Source of the DNA: Parvularculaceae bacterium
Lineage (GTDB): Bacteria; Pseudomonadota; Alphaproteobacteria; Caulobacterales; Parvularculaceae
DNA length: 64,000 nt
Direction: 5' to 3'
NCBI GenBank assembly: GCA_041740755.1
Contig: JBGSLM010000197.1
Span: 2,999-66,998 of the forward strand
The notes beneath the pieces are model-generated. The model did not search any database. It was not told the DNA's origin and saw nothing but the letters and a program-made list of their open reading frames with translations. Below are positions 28,967 through 40,539 of the stretch, one piece after another. The position numbers were made by a program, and so were the translations under genes. Position 1 is the stretch's first letter, and every line of letters starts with the position of its first letter.

Positions 28967-30370
28967 TCAGCTTGAAACGCCATCCGAAATGCGGGCGAGG
29001 GATTCATCCCTTCCGAGCGCGTAAAGCACTTCGCCGAGCGATGGCGAGGCCAATCCCGCCGTCAGAACGGCCCGCAACGGTTGGCCGATCTGGCCGAAAC
29101 CGATTGATTGCGATTCAGCGAACTGCTTGAGCGTCTGTTCAAGCGCGGCGTCGCTCGACCAATCGGCCGACGTGAGCGCTTTCACGGTTTGCGCCAGCAG
29201 CGCCTTCGCGCCTTCTTTTTCGAGAGGCTTGCCGGTCTTGCCCGAAAGGTCGAGAGGCCGCTCTAAAAAAATGAAGGCCGCCGCCTCGACGACGCCCGCA
29301 AGCGTTGAAGCGCGCTCCTTCAGAAATGGCGCCGCCCTCGATAATTGCGAACGGCGCGCATCATCGATGGAGATTCCCGCCCGCTCAAAGAACGGCGCCG
29401 CCTTTTCGACCAGCGCCTTTTCGTCCAGCGCCTTCATGTAATGCGCGTTCGTATGTTCGAGCTTGGCGAGGTCGAGCCGCGCCGGCGCCCGATTGATGCC
29501 TTTGATGTCAAACCATTGAAGCGCCAGGTCGCGCGGAATAATCTCTTCGTCGCCATGCGACCAGCCAAGACGCAACAGGTAATTGCCAAGGCCTTCTGGC
29601 AGGAAACCCAGATCCCTGTAAGCGTCGACGCCGAGCGCGCCATGGCGCTTTGAAAGCTTTGCGCCGTCCGATCCGTGAATGAGCGGGACGTGCGAGAACG
29701 AGGGGATTGCCCATCCCATCGCTGCGTAAATCTGCTGCTGGCGTGCGGCATTGTTGAGGTGATCGTCGCCGCGAATGACATGGGTGACGCCCATGTCATG
29801 GTCATCGACAACAACGGCGAGATTGTAGGTCGGCGCGCCGTCGCTGCGCAAAATGATCAGATCATCGAGCGCGCCGTTTGGAAACCTGACCTCGCCCTGC
29901 ACGACGTCGGAAACGACAGTCTCTCCGTCCCGCGGCGCCCGAAACCTGATTGTGTGAGGGCTCCCGGCCGGAGCGGTCGCCGGATCAGCGTCGCGCCAGG
30001 GGCTTTCGAACCTCGACTTCGTTTCGATGGCGGCAAGGCGCCGCGCCTCGATTTCCTCCGTCGTCATGAAACAACGATATGCCGCGCCCTTTGCAAGCAA
30101 TTCGTGCGCAACTGCCGCATGCCGCTCGCGTCTTGAATACTGTGAAACCGGCTCGCCGTCCCAATCAAGGCCAAGCCACGACAGCCCTTCAATGATCGCC
30201 TCGACCGCTGCTTCATTGTGACGGGCGCGATCGGTGTCTTCGATTCTCAAGAGGAACTTTCCGCCGCGCCCGCGCGCATAAAGCCAGTTAAATAGAGCTG
30301 TGCGAGCCCCGCCGATATGAAGGTAGCCGGTTGGCGAAGGCGCAAATCGTGTGACAACGGGAGACGACAT
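28967..30370 (-). CDS. gltX: glutamate--tRNA ligase
   Basis: [14 protein letters not shown] (HIGH), LRIEDTD, IRGDDH and KLSKR. Confidence 0.97.
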   Translation of the reverse strand: MSSPVVTRFAPSPTGYLHIGGARTALFNWLYARGRGGKFLLRIEDTDRARHNEAAVEAIIEGLSWLGLDWDGEPVSQYSRRERHAAVAHELLAKGAAYRCFMTTEEIEARRLAAIETKSRFESPWRDADPATAPAGSPHTIRFRAPRDGETVVSDVVQGEVRFPNGALDDLIILRSDGAPTYNLAVVVDDHDMGVTHVIRGDDHLNNAARQQQIYAAMGWAIPSFSHVPLIHGSDGAKLSKRHGALGVDAYRDLGFLPEGLGNYLLRLGWSHGDEEIIPRDLALQWFDIKGINRAPARLDLAKLEHTNAHYMKALDEKALVEKAAPFFERAGISIDDARRSQLSRAAPFLKERASTLAGVVEAAAFIFLERPLDLSGKTGKPLEKEGAKALLAQTVKALTSADWSSDAALEQTLKQFAESQSIGFGQIGQPLRAVLTAGLASPSLGEVLYALGRDESLARISDGVSS

Positions 30371-30456
30371 GGTTGCGACGGGCGTTCCTTTGAGGTTTTC
30401 TGTCGTGCAGGCGGGTAGGGGCGGCCCGCCATTAGCATAGCCGGCGCCGGGGGCAT

Positions 30457-32610
30457 ATGGTTGAAGCTGCGGCGGCGCCGCTCAAATCCTCACGGGTTCT
30501 TCCAGAAATTCAAAGGATGATCGTCTCGACCCGGGCAAGGCTCGCCGTTTGGGCCGGGGCGGAAGCCGGGCGCGTCGGGCTGTGGGCGCCGGTAGCGCTT
30601 GGCGCCGGCGCGATCGCCTATTTCCTTCTCGGCGCCGAGCCGTCGCTCTTCATCGCGCCGACGGTGTTCGTCGCGGCGTTGCTCATCGGTTTACGACATC
30701 CGCAATTGCGGACGACGGCGTTGCTCGCAGGGATTGCGGCCTTTGGATTTGCTGCGGCGGATTTGCGGACCTCGATCGTCGATGCGCCGGCGATTGAGCG
30801 GGAGATCGATTTCGCAGAAGTAAAAGGGCGGCTCATTTCAATCGACGAGGCGCCGAAGAACAGGCGGCTGTTGATAGAAATCGACACGCTCGCCGATTTG
30901 CCAGTTGAGGCGACGCCGGAACGCATTCGCGTTTCGTGGCGCGGCAAGGAATTTAATGCAAAGCCCGGCGATTTCATCCAGTTGCGGGCAAGCCTTTCGC
31001 CGCCGCCGCGTCCCGCAGCGCCAGGCGGTTTCGATTTTGCGCGGCAACTTTACTTCAAGAAAATCGGAGCTGTCGGATTTGCGGTTGCGCCGCCTGAAGT
31101 GATTCCGGAACAACACCGGAGCGCGACCGTGAAGGCGATGGCGGCGATTGAAACGCTGCGGGTTGAGTTGTCGCGGCGCATACTGATGAAGGCGCCCGGC
31201 GACAGCGGAGCGATCGTCGCAGCGGTCGTCACGGGGAAACGCGGCGCAATCAGCGAAGACGCTGAAGCGGCGTTTCGCGATTCGGGCCTCGCCCACCTTC
31301 TATCCATCTCCGGATTGCATATGGGCCTTGCGACGGGCCTGATATTTTTTGCTGTGCGGGCGGCGCTTGCGCTGATTGAACCTGTCGCATTGACGCAGCC
31401 GATCAAGAAATGGGCTGCCGCTTCGGCGCTGGTGTCGGCCTTTGGATATCTGCTCATTTCCGGCGCAGAGTGGCCCGCGCAGCGTTCGTTCCTGATGTCG
31501 TCGATATTTTTCATAGCGATTATGGCGGACCGGCGCGCGCTATCCTTGCGCAACGTCGCCATCGCCGCCTTCGCAATCATCCTTCTAACGCCAGAGGCGG
31601 TGCTTCATCCCGGATTTCAGATGTCATTTGGCGCAGTCACTGCGTTGATCGCCTTTTACGAATGGGCGTCAGCGCGATCGGACCCATCGCGGTCATTTTC
31701 CGTCTTTGCTCGTCTGCGGCGTTATTTTCTGGGAATTGTCGCGACGGATACGATTTCCGCGGCGGCGACCGCCCCTTACAGTCTTTTTCATTTCAGCCGA
31801 ACCTCAAATTTTGGTCTCGCCGCGAACATGATTTCAATTCCGCTCATGGGTTTTTGGGTGATGCCGGCGGCCATCGCAGCGATCTTATTCATACCCCTTG
31901 ATGCAGACGGCGCGTTCTGGCGCCTTGCTGCTTCTGGCGTCGGCATCATGCTTTCGATGGCGCAGTGGACGGCGAGCCTTCCCGGCGCCGTGACAGTCTT
32001 TCCGCACTGGCCTTCCTCGGCGCTCGGCGTCCTGACGATTGGCGGACTTTGGCTCTGCCTGATGTCGGCGCCGTGGAGACTTTGCGGCATTGCTGCGTTG
32101 CCGGTTTCAATTGCGTTGATCGCGGCACAGCCGCACCTGCGAATTTATGTCAGCGAGGAAGGCGACAATGTCGGCGTATTATTTGATGCTCCGAAGGGTG
32201 AACGCGTCTTCGCCGTGTTCGACGCGCGAAAAGGGCGGTTCGACACGGAGGTCTGGATGGAACAGGGCGGCATTGACACATTGAGGGTAAAGGCGTCTCG
32301 CCTTGATGAATTTGCGGCCTGCGACATACGCGGCTGCGTCACCTCGTTCGACGGCCGCATGATTGCGATTTCAAATCGTCAGTCAGGACTGAAGGACGAT
32401 TGCGGTCGCGCCGATTTCGTCATCGCGCTTTATCCGGTCGCAAAATGGGACCGGCAGGGCTGCAAGGCCGCGCTGATCGATCGCCGGGACGCATGGAAGT
32501 CCGGCGCGCACGCAGTCTATATTTCGAATAGCGGAATAAGGGCGGTCTCGTCCGCTGCAATCCGCGGCGCACGGCCATGGACTGGCGCGGAGGCTTCTGA
32601 CGCTCGCTAA
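30457..32610 (+). CDS. comEC: ComEC/Rec2 competence protein
   Basis: [10 protein letters not shown] region, [13 protein letters not shown] and GFQMSF, many TM helices. Usual gltX-comEC-lexA synteny. Confidence 0.92.
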   Translation: MVEAAAAPLKSSRVLPEIQRMIVSTRARLAVWAGAEAGRVGLWAPVALGAGAIAYFLLGAEPSLFIAPTVFVAALLIGLRHPQLRTTALLAGIAAFGFAAADLRTSIVDAPAIEREIDFAEVKGRLISIDEAPKNRRLLIEIDTLADLPVEATPERIRVSWRGKEFNAKPGDFIQLRASLSPPPRPAAPGGFDFARQLYFKKIGAVGFAVAPPEVIPEQHRSATVKAMAAIETLRVELSRRILMKAPGDSGAIVAAVVTGKRGAISEDAEAAFRDSGLAHLLSISGLHMGLATGLIFFAVRAALALIEPVALTQPIKKWAAASALVSAFGYLLISGAEWPAQRSFLMSSIFFIAIMADRRALSLRNVAIAAFAIILLTPEAVLHPGFQMSFGAVTALIAFYEWASARSDPSRSFSVFARLRRYFLGIVATDTISAAATAPYSLFHFSRTSNFGLAANMISIPLMGFWVMPAAIAAILFIPLDADGAFWRLAASGVGIMLSMAQWTASLPGAVTVFPHWPSSALGVLTIGGLWLCLMSAPWRLCGIAALPVSIALIAAQPHLRIYVSEEGDNVGVLFDAPKGERVFAVFDARKGRFDTEVWMEQGGIDTLRVKASRLDEFAACDIRGCVTSFDGRMIAISNRQSGLKDDCGRADFVIALYPVAKWDRQGCKAALIDRRDAWKSGAHAVYISNSGIRAVSSAAIRGARPWTGAEASDAR

Positions 32611-33314
32611 TATTTCCGCATCAGACCGACGAGACGGCCCTGAATGGAGACGCGGTCTGCGCCGTAAATCCGCGTTTCAAACGCCGGGTTCGCCACTTCA
32701 AGCGCGACCGACGCGCCCTTTTTGCGCAGCCGCTTCAATGTCGCTTCTTCCCGGTCGACAAGGGCGACAACGATCTCGCCATTCGTCGCATCGTCAGCGC
32801 GCTGGATGATCGCGAAGTCGCCGTCGAATATGCCGGCGTCAATCATCGACTCCCCCTGAACTTCCAGAACAAAGTGCTCGCCGGTGCGCAGGAAGGCTTG
32901 GGGGGCGCCTATGCGATCGACTTCGTGCTGGATCGCGTCGATTGGCGTTCCGGCGGCGATGCGCCCGAGAACCGGCAATTCATTGGTGGTCGATCCCGAC
33001 AAAGGCGGGCGGGGCTTCCCGGCCCGGCTCCGGGCGGCGAAATTCCCGGTAACCACGGACGGCGCAAATTTCTGGGATTGCCTGCGTGCGGCGGAGGCGT
33101 CGTCGGGAAGCCGGATAACCTCCAACGCGCGCGCCCGGTTGGGCAGCCGGCGCAGGAAGCCGCGCTCTTCAAGCGCTGTGATCAGGCGGTGGATCCCCGA
33201 TTTCGATCTCAGGTTAAGCGCCTCCTTCATTTCATCAAACGAGGGGGAAACGCCCGTTTCCATGATCCGGTCGTTGATGAACTGAAGCAGTTCGTGCTGC
33301 TTTTGAGTGAGCAT
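32607..33314 (-). CDS. lexA: SOS repressor LexA
   Basis: [28 protein letters not shown] cleavage site, GESM and TLKR catalytic residues. Confidence 0.96.
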   Translation of the reverse strand: MLTQKQHELLQFINDRIMETGVSPSFDEMKEALNLRSKSGIHRLITALEERGFLRRLPNRARALEVIRLPDDASAARRQSQKFAPSVVTGNFAARSRAGKPRPPLSGSTTNELPVLGRIAAGTPIDAIQHEVDRIGAPQAFLRTGEHFVLEVQGESMIDAGIFDGDFAIIQRADDATNGEIVVALVDREEATLKRLRKKGASVALEVANPAFETRIYGADRVSIQGRLVGLMRKY

Positions 33315-33386
33315 GGGGCAGGCCTCCGCTCCTGATTCGAATGACTTCCACCGCCGCGCCGTCTTTGCAGGCCCGAAACGACGATA

Positions 33387-33416
33387 GAACAAAACATCAA
33401 CGTTCTATGGATGTTC
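33387..33416. promoter_or_regulatory. alphaproteobacterial LexA (SOS) boxes
   Basis: Perfect GTTC-tatggat-GTTC (33402-33416) plus adjacent GAAC-aaaacat-CAAC (33387-33401), upstream of lexA. Confidence 0.85.
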
Positions 33417-33477
33417 TTTTTTGGGGTCAATAGCCGGGATTTGCTATCCGCCTGATTCGAAACGCCGATCAGGCGTT

Positions 33478-34266
33478 TTAGCGGCGCCCGAGCAACCCGC
33501 GCGTCGCTGCGGCGACATCCTCCTGCCGCATCAGGCTTTCGCCGACCAGGAACGCTCCGGCTCCCGCCGCGTGCAGCCGAACGAGATCTTCATAAGAATT
33601 GATCCCGCTTTCGCTTACCAGCAGGCGACCCTCAGGAATCCGGTTCGAAAGACGTTCGGTCGTCGAAAGGTCCGTGACGAAGGTTTTGAGATTGCGGTTG
33701 TTCACGCCGATCATTCCAGGGCCAAGCGCAAGCGCGCGGTCAAGCTCGGCTTCATCGTGGGTCTCAATCAGTACGTCCAGTCCTGCTTGTTGGGCGGCGG
33801 ACGAAAGTTCGAGGGCCTGCGCGTCAGACAGGCAGGCCATGATGAGAAGAATGCAATCCGCACCCCACGCGCGCGCTTCGACGACCTGGTAGGGATCAAT
33901 CATAAAGTCCTTGCGAATGATCGGCAGGGATACGGCGTCGCGCGCCATGCGGAGGTATTCCGCGGAGCCCTGAAAGCTCGGGCCATCCGTCAAAACCGAA
34001 AGGCAGGCGGCGCCGCCCTCCGCATAGGCGCGCGCTAGAGCTTGCGGATCGAAATCGGACCGTATCAGCCCTTTCGAGGGACTCGCTTTCTTGATCTCCG
34101 CAATTAGCGCAAAGCCATTTTCACCGGCGTGCCTGAGCGCTTTCTCGAATCCGCGCGGGGCGGGCGCTGATGCGGCAAGGCGCTCCAATGCGTCGATCGG
34201 CGTGCTGGATTTCGCTCGTGCGACTTCCGTGCGCTTATACGCGATGATGTCGTCGAGTATGGTCAT
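33478..34266 (-). CDS. trpC: indole-3-glycerol phosphate synthase
   Basis: [29 protein letters not shown] and VSESGI. Confidence 0.96.
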   Translation of the reverse strand: MTILDDIIAYKRTEVARAKSSTPIDALERLAASAPAPRGFEKALRHAGENGFALIAEIKKASPSKGLIRSDFDPQALARAYAEGGAACLSVLTDGPSFQGSAEYLRMARDAVSLPIIRKDFMIDPYQVVEARAWGADCILLIMACLSDAQALELSSAAQQAGLDVLIETHDEAELDRALALGPGMIGVNNRNLKTFVTDLSTTERLSNRIPEGRLLVSESGINSYEDLVRLHAAGAGAFLVGESLMRQEDVAAATRGLLGRR

Positions 34267-35285
34267 TGCTGTTTCTCATTCGAGATAGCGACGAGCTTTT
34301 CAAGCGCGGCTTTCGCAAGACCGTTATCAATTGACTCTGCGGCAAGTCTTGCGCCGTCGCGCAGATTGGATGCGCGGCCGCCGACAATCAGGGTCGCCGC
34401 CGCATTGAGGATTGCGATGTCGCGATAAGGCCCTTTCTTTCCGTCCAGCAACTGGCGCAATGCAAGGGCGTTCTCGCGCGGATCGCCGCCTTTGAGGTCC
34501 AAAGCAGACGCCCGGGGCAATCCCGCGTCCTCCGGAACAATCTGAAAGTGACGAATAACGCCGTTGTCGATCTCGCTGACAAATGATTCCGCAGTGGTCG
34601 TCAGCTCGTCCAGGCCGTCCGCGCCTGCGACGACCCATGCCCGCTTCGTGCCGAGCGCGCCGAGCGCTTCTGCAAGAGGGGCGGTCAAGGACCGATCGTA
34701 AACGCCCATCAACTGCCTTTTGGCGCCCGCCGGATTGGCGAGGGGGCCGAGAACATTGAAAATCGTGCGGACCCCGAGGCGTTTGCGTGCCGCAGCGACA
34801 TGAGCGACGGAGCGATGGTGATTGGCCGCGAACATGAAGCCGACATTCGCCTCGCGAATGCACTTTTCAATCGCGATGACATCCGCGTCGAGGTTGACGC
34901 CCAGAGCCGCAAGAACGTCTGACGATCCTGATCTTGAACTCGCCGAGCGGTTTCCATGTTTTGCGACCGGCAATCCGCATCCTGCGACGATCATCGCGGC
35001 TGCGGTCGATATATTGAAAGTATCAGCGCCGTCGCCGCCGGTGCCGCACGTATCGACGGCTTCAGGCGGCGCGTTGATGCGAACCGCCTTCGCGCGCATC
35101 GCTTCTGCGGCGGCGACAATTTCATCGACTGTTTCCCCGCGCGTTTTGAGAGACAGGAGAAACTCGCCGATCTCATCCTCTTTGGCCGCGTTTTCGAGCA
35201 ACAGATCAATGGCGCGCCGCATTTCGGAACGCGTCAGCGCGCGACCGCTCCTGGCGATCAGGAGCAATTGGCTAAATCCAGTCAT
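34263..35285 (-). CDS. trpD: anthranilate phosphoribosyltransferase
   Basis: [19 protein letters not shown] and DGLDE. Confidence 0.96.
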   Translation of the reverse strand: MTGFSQLLLIARSGRALTRSEMRRAIDLLLENAAKEDEIGEFLLSLKTRGETVDEIVAAAEAMRAKAVRINAPPEAVDTCGTGGDGADTFNISTAAAMIVAGCGLPVAKHGNRSASSRSGSSDVLAALGVNLDADVIAIEKCIREANVGFMFAANHHRSVAHVAAARKRLGVRTIFNVLGPLANPAGAKRQLMGVYDRSLTAPLAEALGALGTKRAWVVAGADGLDELTTTAESFVSEIDNGVIRHFQIVPEDAGLPRASALDLKGGDPRENALALRQLLDGKKGPYRDIAILNAAATLIVGGRASNLRDGARLAAESIDNGLAKAALEKLVAISNEKQQ

Positions 35286-35875
35286 CTCTGCTGCCTTGAA
35301 GAACGGGCAGTCGCGAGAAAATTCCTGAATATATGGGCGCCATGTTCCGAAGCGATGCTCTCTGGATGGAACTGGACGCCGGCGATCGGCGATGAGGCGT
35401 GTTCAAGCGCCATTATTTCATTGTCTTCGGCGGTCTCGGCCGAGACGCGAAGTGAATTTGGAAGGCTGCCGCGCTCCGCGACCAGCGAATGATAGCGCGT
35501 TGCGGTGAATGGGGAGGGAATCCCAGCGAATAGTCCTTCGGCTTGATGCCGTATCTGGCTGGTTTTTCCGTGCATCTGGCGTCCGGCGCGGACAACGCGT
35601 CCGCCGAACGCCTCCGCGATTGATTGAAGGCCCAAACAGACGCCGAATACCGGAGCGCCGCTTTCCGCCGCTAGCCGGATGACGTCGACGCAGATCCCGG
35701 CGTCCTTCGGCTCGCCAGGTCCTGGGGAGAGAACGATTGCTTCAGCCCCCGCGGCGACCGCCTCTTTTGCCGAAATCGCATCATTTCGGACGACTTCCAC
35801 CTTCGGCCCAAGCCCGCCGATCAGATGGGCAAGGTTCCAGGTGAAGCTATCGTAATTGTCGATAAGGAGAATCAT
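35282..35875 (-). CDS. trpG: anthranilate synthase component II
   Basis: IDNYDSFT, SPGPG, GVCLG, RYHSL and QFHPES. Confidence 0.95.
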   Translation of the reverse strand: MILLIDNYDSFTWNLAHLIGGLGPKVEVVRNDAISAKEAVAAGAEAIVLSPGPGEPKDAGICVDVIRLAAESGAPVFGVCLGLQSIAEAFGGRVVRAGRQMHGKTSQIRHQAEGLFAGIPSPFTATRYHSLVAERGSLPNSLRVSAETAEDNEIMALEHASSPIAGVQFHPESIASEHGAHIFRNFLATARSSRQQR

Positions 35876-36022
35876 AGCAGGCACAATGCGTCAGGGAGGG
35901 ATAACCCTGCAATATGCGACTCCCCGATTGAGTCGCCAGGATGGGTATCGAGGAGCCAACAGTCTGTGATCGCGTCCGTTCGTCGCATATTCTTTAATGC
36001 ACTAAAACGGAAGCGTTCCGCC

Positions 36023-37012
36023 GTGATCGAACTCATCCCGCCGCCAAATTCCAGAGCGACCAAAAAAGCTGGGCGGGCAAATCGCTTCCAGGCGGCGATA
36101 TTTGCGGCCGTCATCGGCACTGCCGCCGGGATCGCCGCCGCCGTATTTTCCGGCCGCGCGGTTGATGCCGCCGCCGCTTATGCCGCGACGTTAGATTTGA
36201 GGGACGCGCCGCTTGCGGGCGCTTCCGGCGCCAGAGCTGATCTGATCGCCATGATCGCAGCGGCTGGAACGCCCGAACGACTTTCGGCGCCCGCGGTTTC
36301 AAGCAGCGGCGCAACAGGCGGATCGCCAAAGCTGATCATCATATTCGACGACATGGGCCTCGACCCTTTGGCGTTTGACGAAATAATGTCGCTGCCCGGT
36401 CCAGTCACTCTTTCATTCCTTCCTTATGCGCGGGCGCTTCAGCCATTGGTCGAGAAGGCGCGTTTGCGGGGCGATGATATCCTGCTGCACCTGCCGATGG
36501 AGCCATCAGGCAGGGCCGACCCCGGGCCGCACAGCCTGAGTTCGGAAATGAACGCTGATGAGCTTTTCGAGGCGCTTGTGTGGAACCTTGGAAGGTTTGA
36601 CGGCTACGCCGGCGTCAATAACCACATGGGTTCAAAATTCACCCGGAACGAACAGGCGATGAAGCGGGTTCTTTCCTATCTGGCTCAGCGCGATCTGTTT
36701 TTCATCGACTCTTTGACCACCGGTTCAAGCGTTGCTCTCGACGCGGGCGCCGCGGTCGGCGCCGATGTTTACGTAAGGGATGTCTTTCTCGATTCCGAAC
36801 CCGGCAGGACTAACATCCGGCGTCAGCTCGCTCTTGCTGAAAGGATCGCAGAGAAAACGGGATATGCGATCGTCATCTGCCATCCGCGCCGGGAAACGCT
36901 TGATGTGATCGGCCCCTGGCTGACGACGGCGCCGGCGCGAGGGTTTGAGCTTGCGACCGTCTCATTGCTGAAGGATATCCGGCCGATTGCGACGGCAAGC
37001 GCCGCGCCCTAG
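36023..37012 (+). CDS. divergent polysaccharide deacetylase family protein (YibQ-like)
   Basis: N-terminal TM, IIFDDMG, LHLPMEP, NNHMGS, FIDSLT, RDVFLD and ICHP. Start codon uncertain. Confidence 0.88.
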   Translation: MIELIPPPNSRATKKAGRANRFQAAIFAAVIGTAAGIAAAVFSGRAVDAAAAYAATLDLRDAPLAGASGARADLIAMIAAAGTPERLSAPAVSSSGATGGSPKLIIIFDDMGLDPLAFDEIMSLPGPVTLSFLPYARALQPLVEKARLRGDDILLHLPMEPSGRADPGPHSLSSEMNADELFEALVWNLGRFDGYAGVNNHMGSKFTRNEQAMKRVLSYLAQRDLFFIDSLTTGSSVALDAGAAVGADVYVRDVFLDSEPGRTNIRRQLALAERIAEKTGYAIVICHPRRETLDVIGPWLTTAPARGFELATVSLLKDIRPIATASAAP

Positions 37013-37038
37013 AGCGCGGCGCCTGGGTTTTCTTTCAC

Positions 37039-38892
37039 TCAGGCCGCTGCTTTCCTCGCGATATAGTCATCGACGAGTTCTTCAAGAATCGGCAGAGCGA
37101 CTGCGCCGTTCTTCAGGACGGCGTCATGGAACTCGCGCAGATCAAATTTTGATCCGAGTTTCTTCTTCGCTTTTTCGCGAAGGTCGAGAATCTTGATCAT
37201 GCCGATTTTATAGGAAAGCGCCTGCCCGGGAGTGTCGATATAGCGCTCGACTTCCTTGACTGCATCCTCCTCAGTCATTGGGTTGTTTTCCAGCATGTAG
37301 TCGATCATCTGCTGGCGGGTCCATTTCTTTGCGTGCGAACCCGTGTCGACGACAAGCCGGCAGGCGCGCAGCATCTCATTCTGGAGCCGTCCGAAATCCT
37401 GCATCGGATCGGTGAAGCGTCCCTGTTCTTTTGCAAGGCGCTCGGCGTAAAGGCCCCAGCCTTCCGTATAGGCGCCAAAGAATGCGAACTTCTGGAAGGC
37501 CGGCACGCCTTCAAGCTCCTGCTGGATCGCAAACTGGAAATGGTGTCCCGGCGCGCCTTCGTGATAGGCGACCGTCTCCATCTCATGCTTTTGCTTCGTC
37601 GTCATATCCTTGAGGTTGACGTAATAAATGCCAGGGCGCGATCCATCCGGCGTCGGGCGATTATAGAAGGCGATAGGCGCCGTCTCTTCGCGCCACTCCT
37701 CGACTTTGCGAACTTCGAGCGGGGCTTTTGGAAGGATGTTGAAATAGCTTCCAACGTCCGCATAAATGGCGTCGATATAACCCTTTGATTGCGCGAGGTA
37801 GGCGTCGCGGCCCTCGTCGGTGTTTGGGAAAAAGTTGTTCGGATCCGTTCTCAGGTGATCGAAGAAAGCCTGAAAGTCGCCTTTGAATCCGACCTGCTTC
37901 ATAATGGTTTTCATTTCGCTGCGGATGCGTTTGACTTCCGCCAGTCCGATCTTGTGGATCTGATCCGCTGTCAGCGCGTCTTCGCTGGTCCAAAAATCAA
38001 TCTGCATCTTGTAGTAACCGTCGCCGTCGGGCAGCGCCCAGACGCCGCTTTCGCCGATTGACTTCTCCCGGAGCGATTCAACTTTCGCGATGAATTTTTC
38101 GACGCTCGCTTTATAGGGGCCGGACAGGGCTGCGGCGGCGCTGCCGATAAGGCGGTCTTTTTCCTTCCGGCTGATATCGAGTTTTTCAACTTTCGTCTTG
38201 AAGTCGGCGTAGATCGCCGAATCTTCGCCGCCTGCCTCGAAGGGGGCGCCTTTGATGACGCTTCGCGCGTCCGCAATCACGGGGTCGAAAGAAAAAGAGG
38301 TCGGAACAATTCCCTTCGACGCAGCAATATCGACGCCTTCGATGAACTGGTCGAAGGCGATCTCAAGCCCGGCGATCCGGGAGATATAGGCTTCGGCATC
38401 GGAAACATTGTCGACGCTGTGAATGTTCTGAAGAAAAGTCGCAGGGAACGTCACAGGATTGTTTTGCGTGGAAAACGCATATCCATGAAAGCGCCACGGG
38501 AAATTGCGCAGCTGGCGTTCCTGCAGATATTCAAATATCCGATAGCTGACTTTCGACTGCTCAGACAATTTGCCGACATCGAATTCGGCGCGGAGCCGTT
38601 CAAGGTCTTTCTTCGTTTCCTCGTTTTGCCGTATGGCTTCCGCGTCCGAAAAGTCATCCCATTTGCCGTAGTCGGGCCCCTTCATGCCAAGCTGAGACTG
38701 AAAGAGCGGGCTATTCTTCAGATTGCGCTGGAAAATTTCTTCAAAAAAAGCCGATAGACGCTGATCTTCGGACTGCGCTTGCGTCTCGGCGGCTGTCGAT
38801 GCCTGCGCAAATGCCGTTGAACCGTTGATCGCGGTCGCGACCATGATAATAGCCGTCGAAGCCGCAAGGATTGATTTGCTGGTTTTTCTCAT
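37039..38892 (-). CDS. DUF885 family exported putative metallopeptidase
   Basis: Signal peptide, HEGAPGHHFQ, YTEGWGLYAE, RLVVDTG and PGQALSYKIG. Confidence 0.9.
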   Translation of the reverse strand: MRKTSKSILAASTAIIMVATAINGSTAFAQASTAAETQAQSEDQRLSAFFEEIFQRNLKNSPLFQSQLGMKGPDYGKWDDFSDAEAIRQNEETKKDLERLRAEFDVGKLSEQSKVSYRIFEYLQERQLRNFPWRFHGYAFSTQNNPVTFPATFLQNIHSVDNVSDAEAYISRIAGLEIAFDQFIEGVDIAASKGIVPTSFSFDPVIADARSVIKGAPFEAGGEDSAIYADFKTKVEKLDISRKEKDRLIGSAAAALSGPYKASVEKFIAKVESLREKSIGESGVWALPDGDGYYKMQIDFWTSEDALTADQIHKIGLAEVKRIRSEMKTIMKQVGFKGDFQAFFDHLRTDPNNFFPNTDEGRDAYLAQSKGYIDAIYADVGSYFNILPKAPLEVRKVEEWREETAPIAFYNRPTPDGSRPGIYYVNLKDMTTKQKHEMETVAYHEGAPGHHFQFAIQQELEGVPAFQKFAFFGAYTEGWGLYAERLAKEQGRFTDPMQDFGRLQNEMLRACRLVVDTGSHAKKWTRQQMIDYMLENNPMTEEDAVKEVERYIDTPGQALSYKIGMIKILDLREKAKKKLGSKFDLREFHDAVLKNGAVALPILEELVDDYIARKAAA

Positions 38893-39030
38893 TGATATCC
38901 CCTGAATTGGCGGAATTGCTCTGGTCGTCGCGAACGCGCGTTCCAGATGTTTAGGTCAATCACGACGCTTGCGCTCGACGGGTCGCCGCTCATTTGCGGC
39001 CTTTCGTCGAAAAAACGAAGGATTCCGGCG

Positions 39031-40539
39031 TCAGTTCCCAGATGAAACGCGAGCGGCGGCGCCGGCGGCAAAGAGCGCCCGCGCTTTATTCTCGCACTCG
39101 GCCTGTTCGCAAGCCGGATCGGAATCGGCAACGATTCCGGCGCCCGCCTGAACAAACATCATGCCGTCTTTGACGATTGCAGTGCGCAGCGCGATGCAGG
39201 TGTCGACATTTCCGTCGGCAGAAAAATAGCCGATGCATCCGCCATAAGGACCGCGCGCTTCTGGCTCCAGGGAGTCGATTATTTCCATCGCGCGAATCTT
39301 CGGCGCTCCGGTGACGGTGCCTGCCGGGAATCCGGCGGCGAGCGCATCAACTGGATGTATTCCCGCGCCCAGCTTTCCGGTCACGTTTGAAACTATATGC
39401 ATCACGTGACTATAGCGTTCGATCGTGAATTGCTCTGTCACGTTGACGGTGCCGATTTCAGCCGAGCGTCCGACATCGTTTCTGCCAAGGTCAAGCAGCA
39501 TAAGATGTTCAGCTCTCTCTTTCGGGTCCGCAAGCAGGTCCGCTGCGAGCGCAGCGTCTTCTTGCTGCGTCGCGCCGCGCCGACGCGTTCCTGCTATCGG
39601 CCTGATCGTCACTTCGCCGTCGCGAACGCGCACGAGAATCTCCGGACTTGATCCGACAATCGCAAAACCTTCAAAATCAAGAAAGAAAAGAAACGGCGAC
39701 GGATTTGTACGCCGTAATGCGCGGTAGAGTTCGAGCGGAGGCAATTCAAAGGATGATTCAAAACGCTGACTGAGGACAACTTGAAAGATGTCTCCAGCAG
39801 CGATGTGTTCCTTCGCCTTTGCGACCATTTTGAAAAATTCGCCGCGCGAAATATTCGATTTGCCGCCATCCATATTGGCGGGATCGCAAGCGGCGGCGAG
39901 CATCCGCGGCGCCGCGAGCGGCGCGGACAGATCCCTGACCGCGCCTTCTATCAGCTCTGCCGCCGAAGAATATGCGACGCGCGCTGAAACGCCGGGATCA
40001 GGCCGGATCGGCGCTACGAGGATGATTTCCTGCTTGATGTTGTCGAAGACAGCGACGAGCGTTGGACGGATGAATATCGCATCCGGAATGTCGTAGGCAG
40101 GTTTTGGGCGATGCGGCAGGCGCTCCATCTGCCGCGCCATGTCATATCCGAAAAATCCGAACACGCCTGCCGCCATTGGCGGCGCGTCTGCGGGCATTTC
40201 AATGCGTGACCCGTCAATGAAAGCCTTCAGGCTTTCCAGCGGCGGCGACCGCTCGGCATGGAAGGCGCTTGGGTCCGACGCGGCGCGCCAGTTCAATTCC
40301 GCTTTGCTCCCTGTTGCGCGCCAGATCGCATCTGGACGAACGCCGATAATTGAATATCGACCGAGCTTCTCGCCGCCTTCGACGGACTCGAGCAAGAATG
40401 CGTTGCGCCCTCGGCCGGCGAGCTTCAAATAGGCCGAGACTGGAGTTTCCAGATCGCTGACCAGCCGTCTGATGACAATTTGCGGTTTGCGCCGATCATA
40501 ATTTGACTCAAACTCTTCAAAGGGCGGCGCAAGCGTCAT
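39031..40539 (-). CDS. trpE: anthranilate synthase component I
   Basis: DLETPVSAY, LLESVEGG, FQVVLSQR, NPSP, PIAGTRRRG, EHLMLLDLGRND and GAPKIRAM. Confidence 0.96.
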   Translation of the reverse strand: MTLAPPFEEFESNYDRRKPQIVIRRLVSDLETPVSAYLKLAGRGRNAFLLESVEGGEKLGRYSIIGVRPDAIWRATGSKAELNWRAASDPSAFHAERSPPLESLKAFIDGSRIEMPADAPPMAAGVFGFFGYDMARQMERLPHRPKPAYDIPDAIFIRPTLVAVFDNIKQEIILVAPIRPDPGVSARVAYSSAAELIEGAVRDLSAPLAAPRMLAAACDPANMDGGKSNISRGEFFKMVAKAKEHIAAGDIFQVVLSQRFESSFELPPLELYRALRRTNPSPFLFFLDFEGFAIVGSSPEILVRVRDGEVTIRPIAGTRRRGATQQEDAALAADLLADPKERAEHLMLLDLGRNDVGRSAEIGTVNVTEQFTIERYSHVMHIVSNVTGKLGAGIHPVDALAAGFPAGTVTGAPKIRAMEIIDSLEPEARGPYGGCIGYFSADGNVDTCIALRTAIVKDGMMFVQAGAGIVADSDPACEQAECENKARALFAAGAAARVSSGN

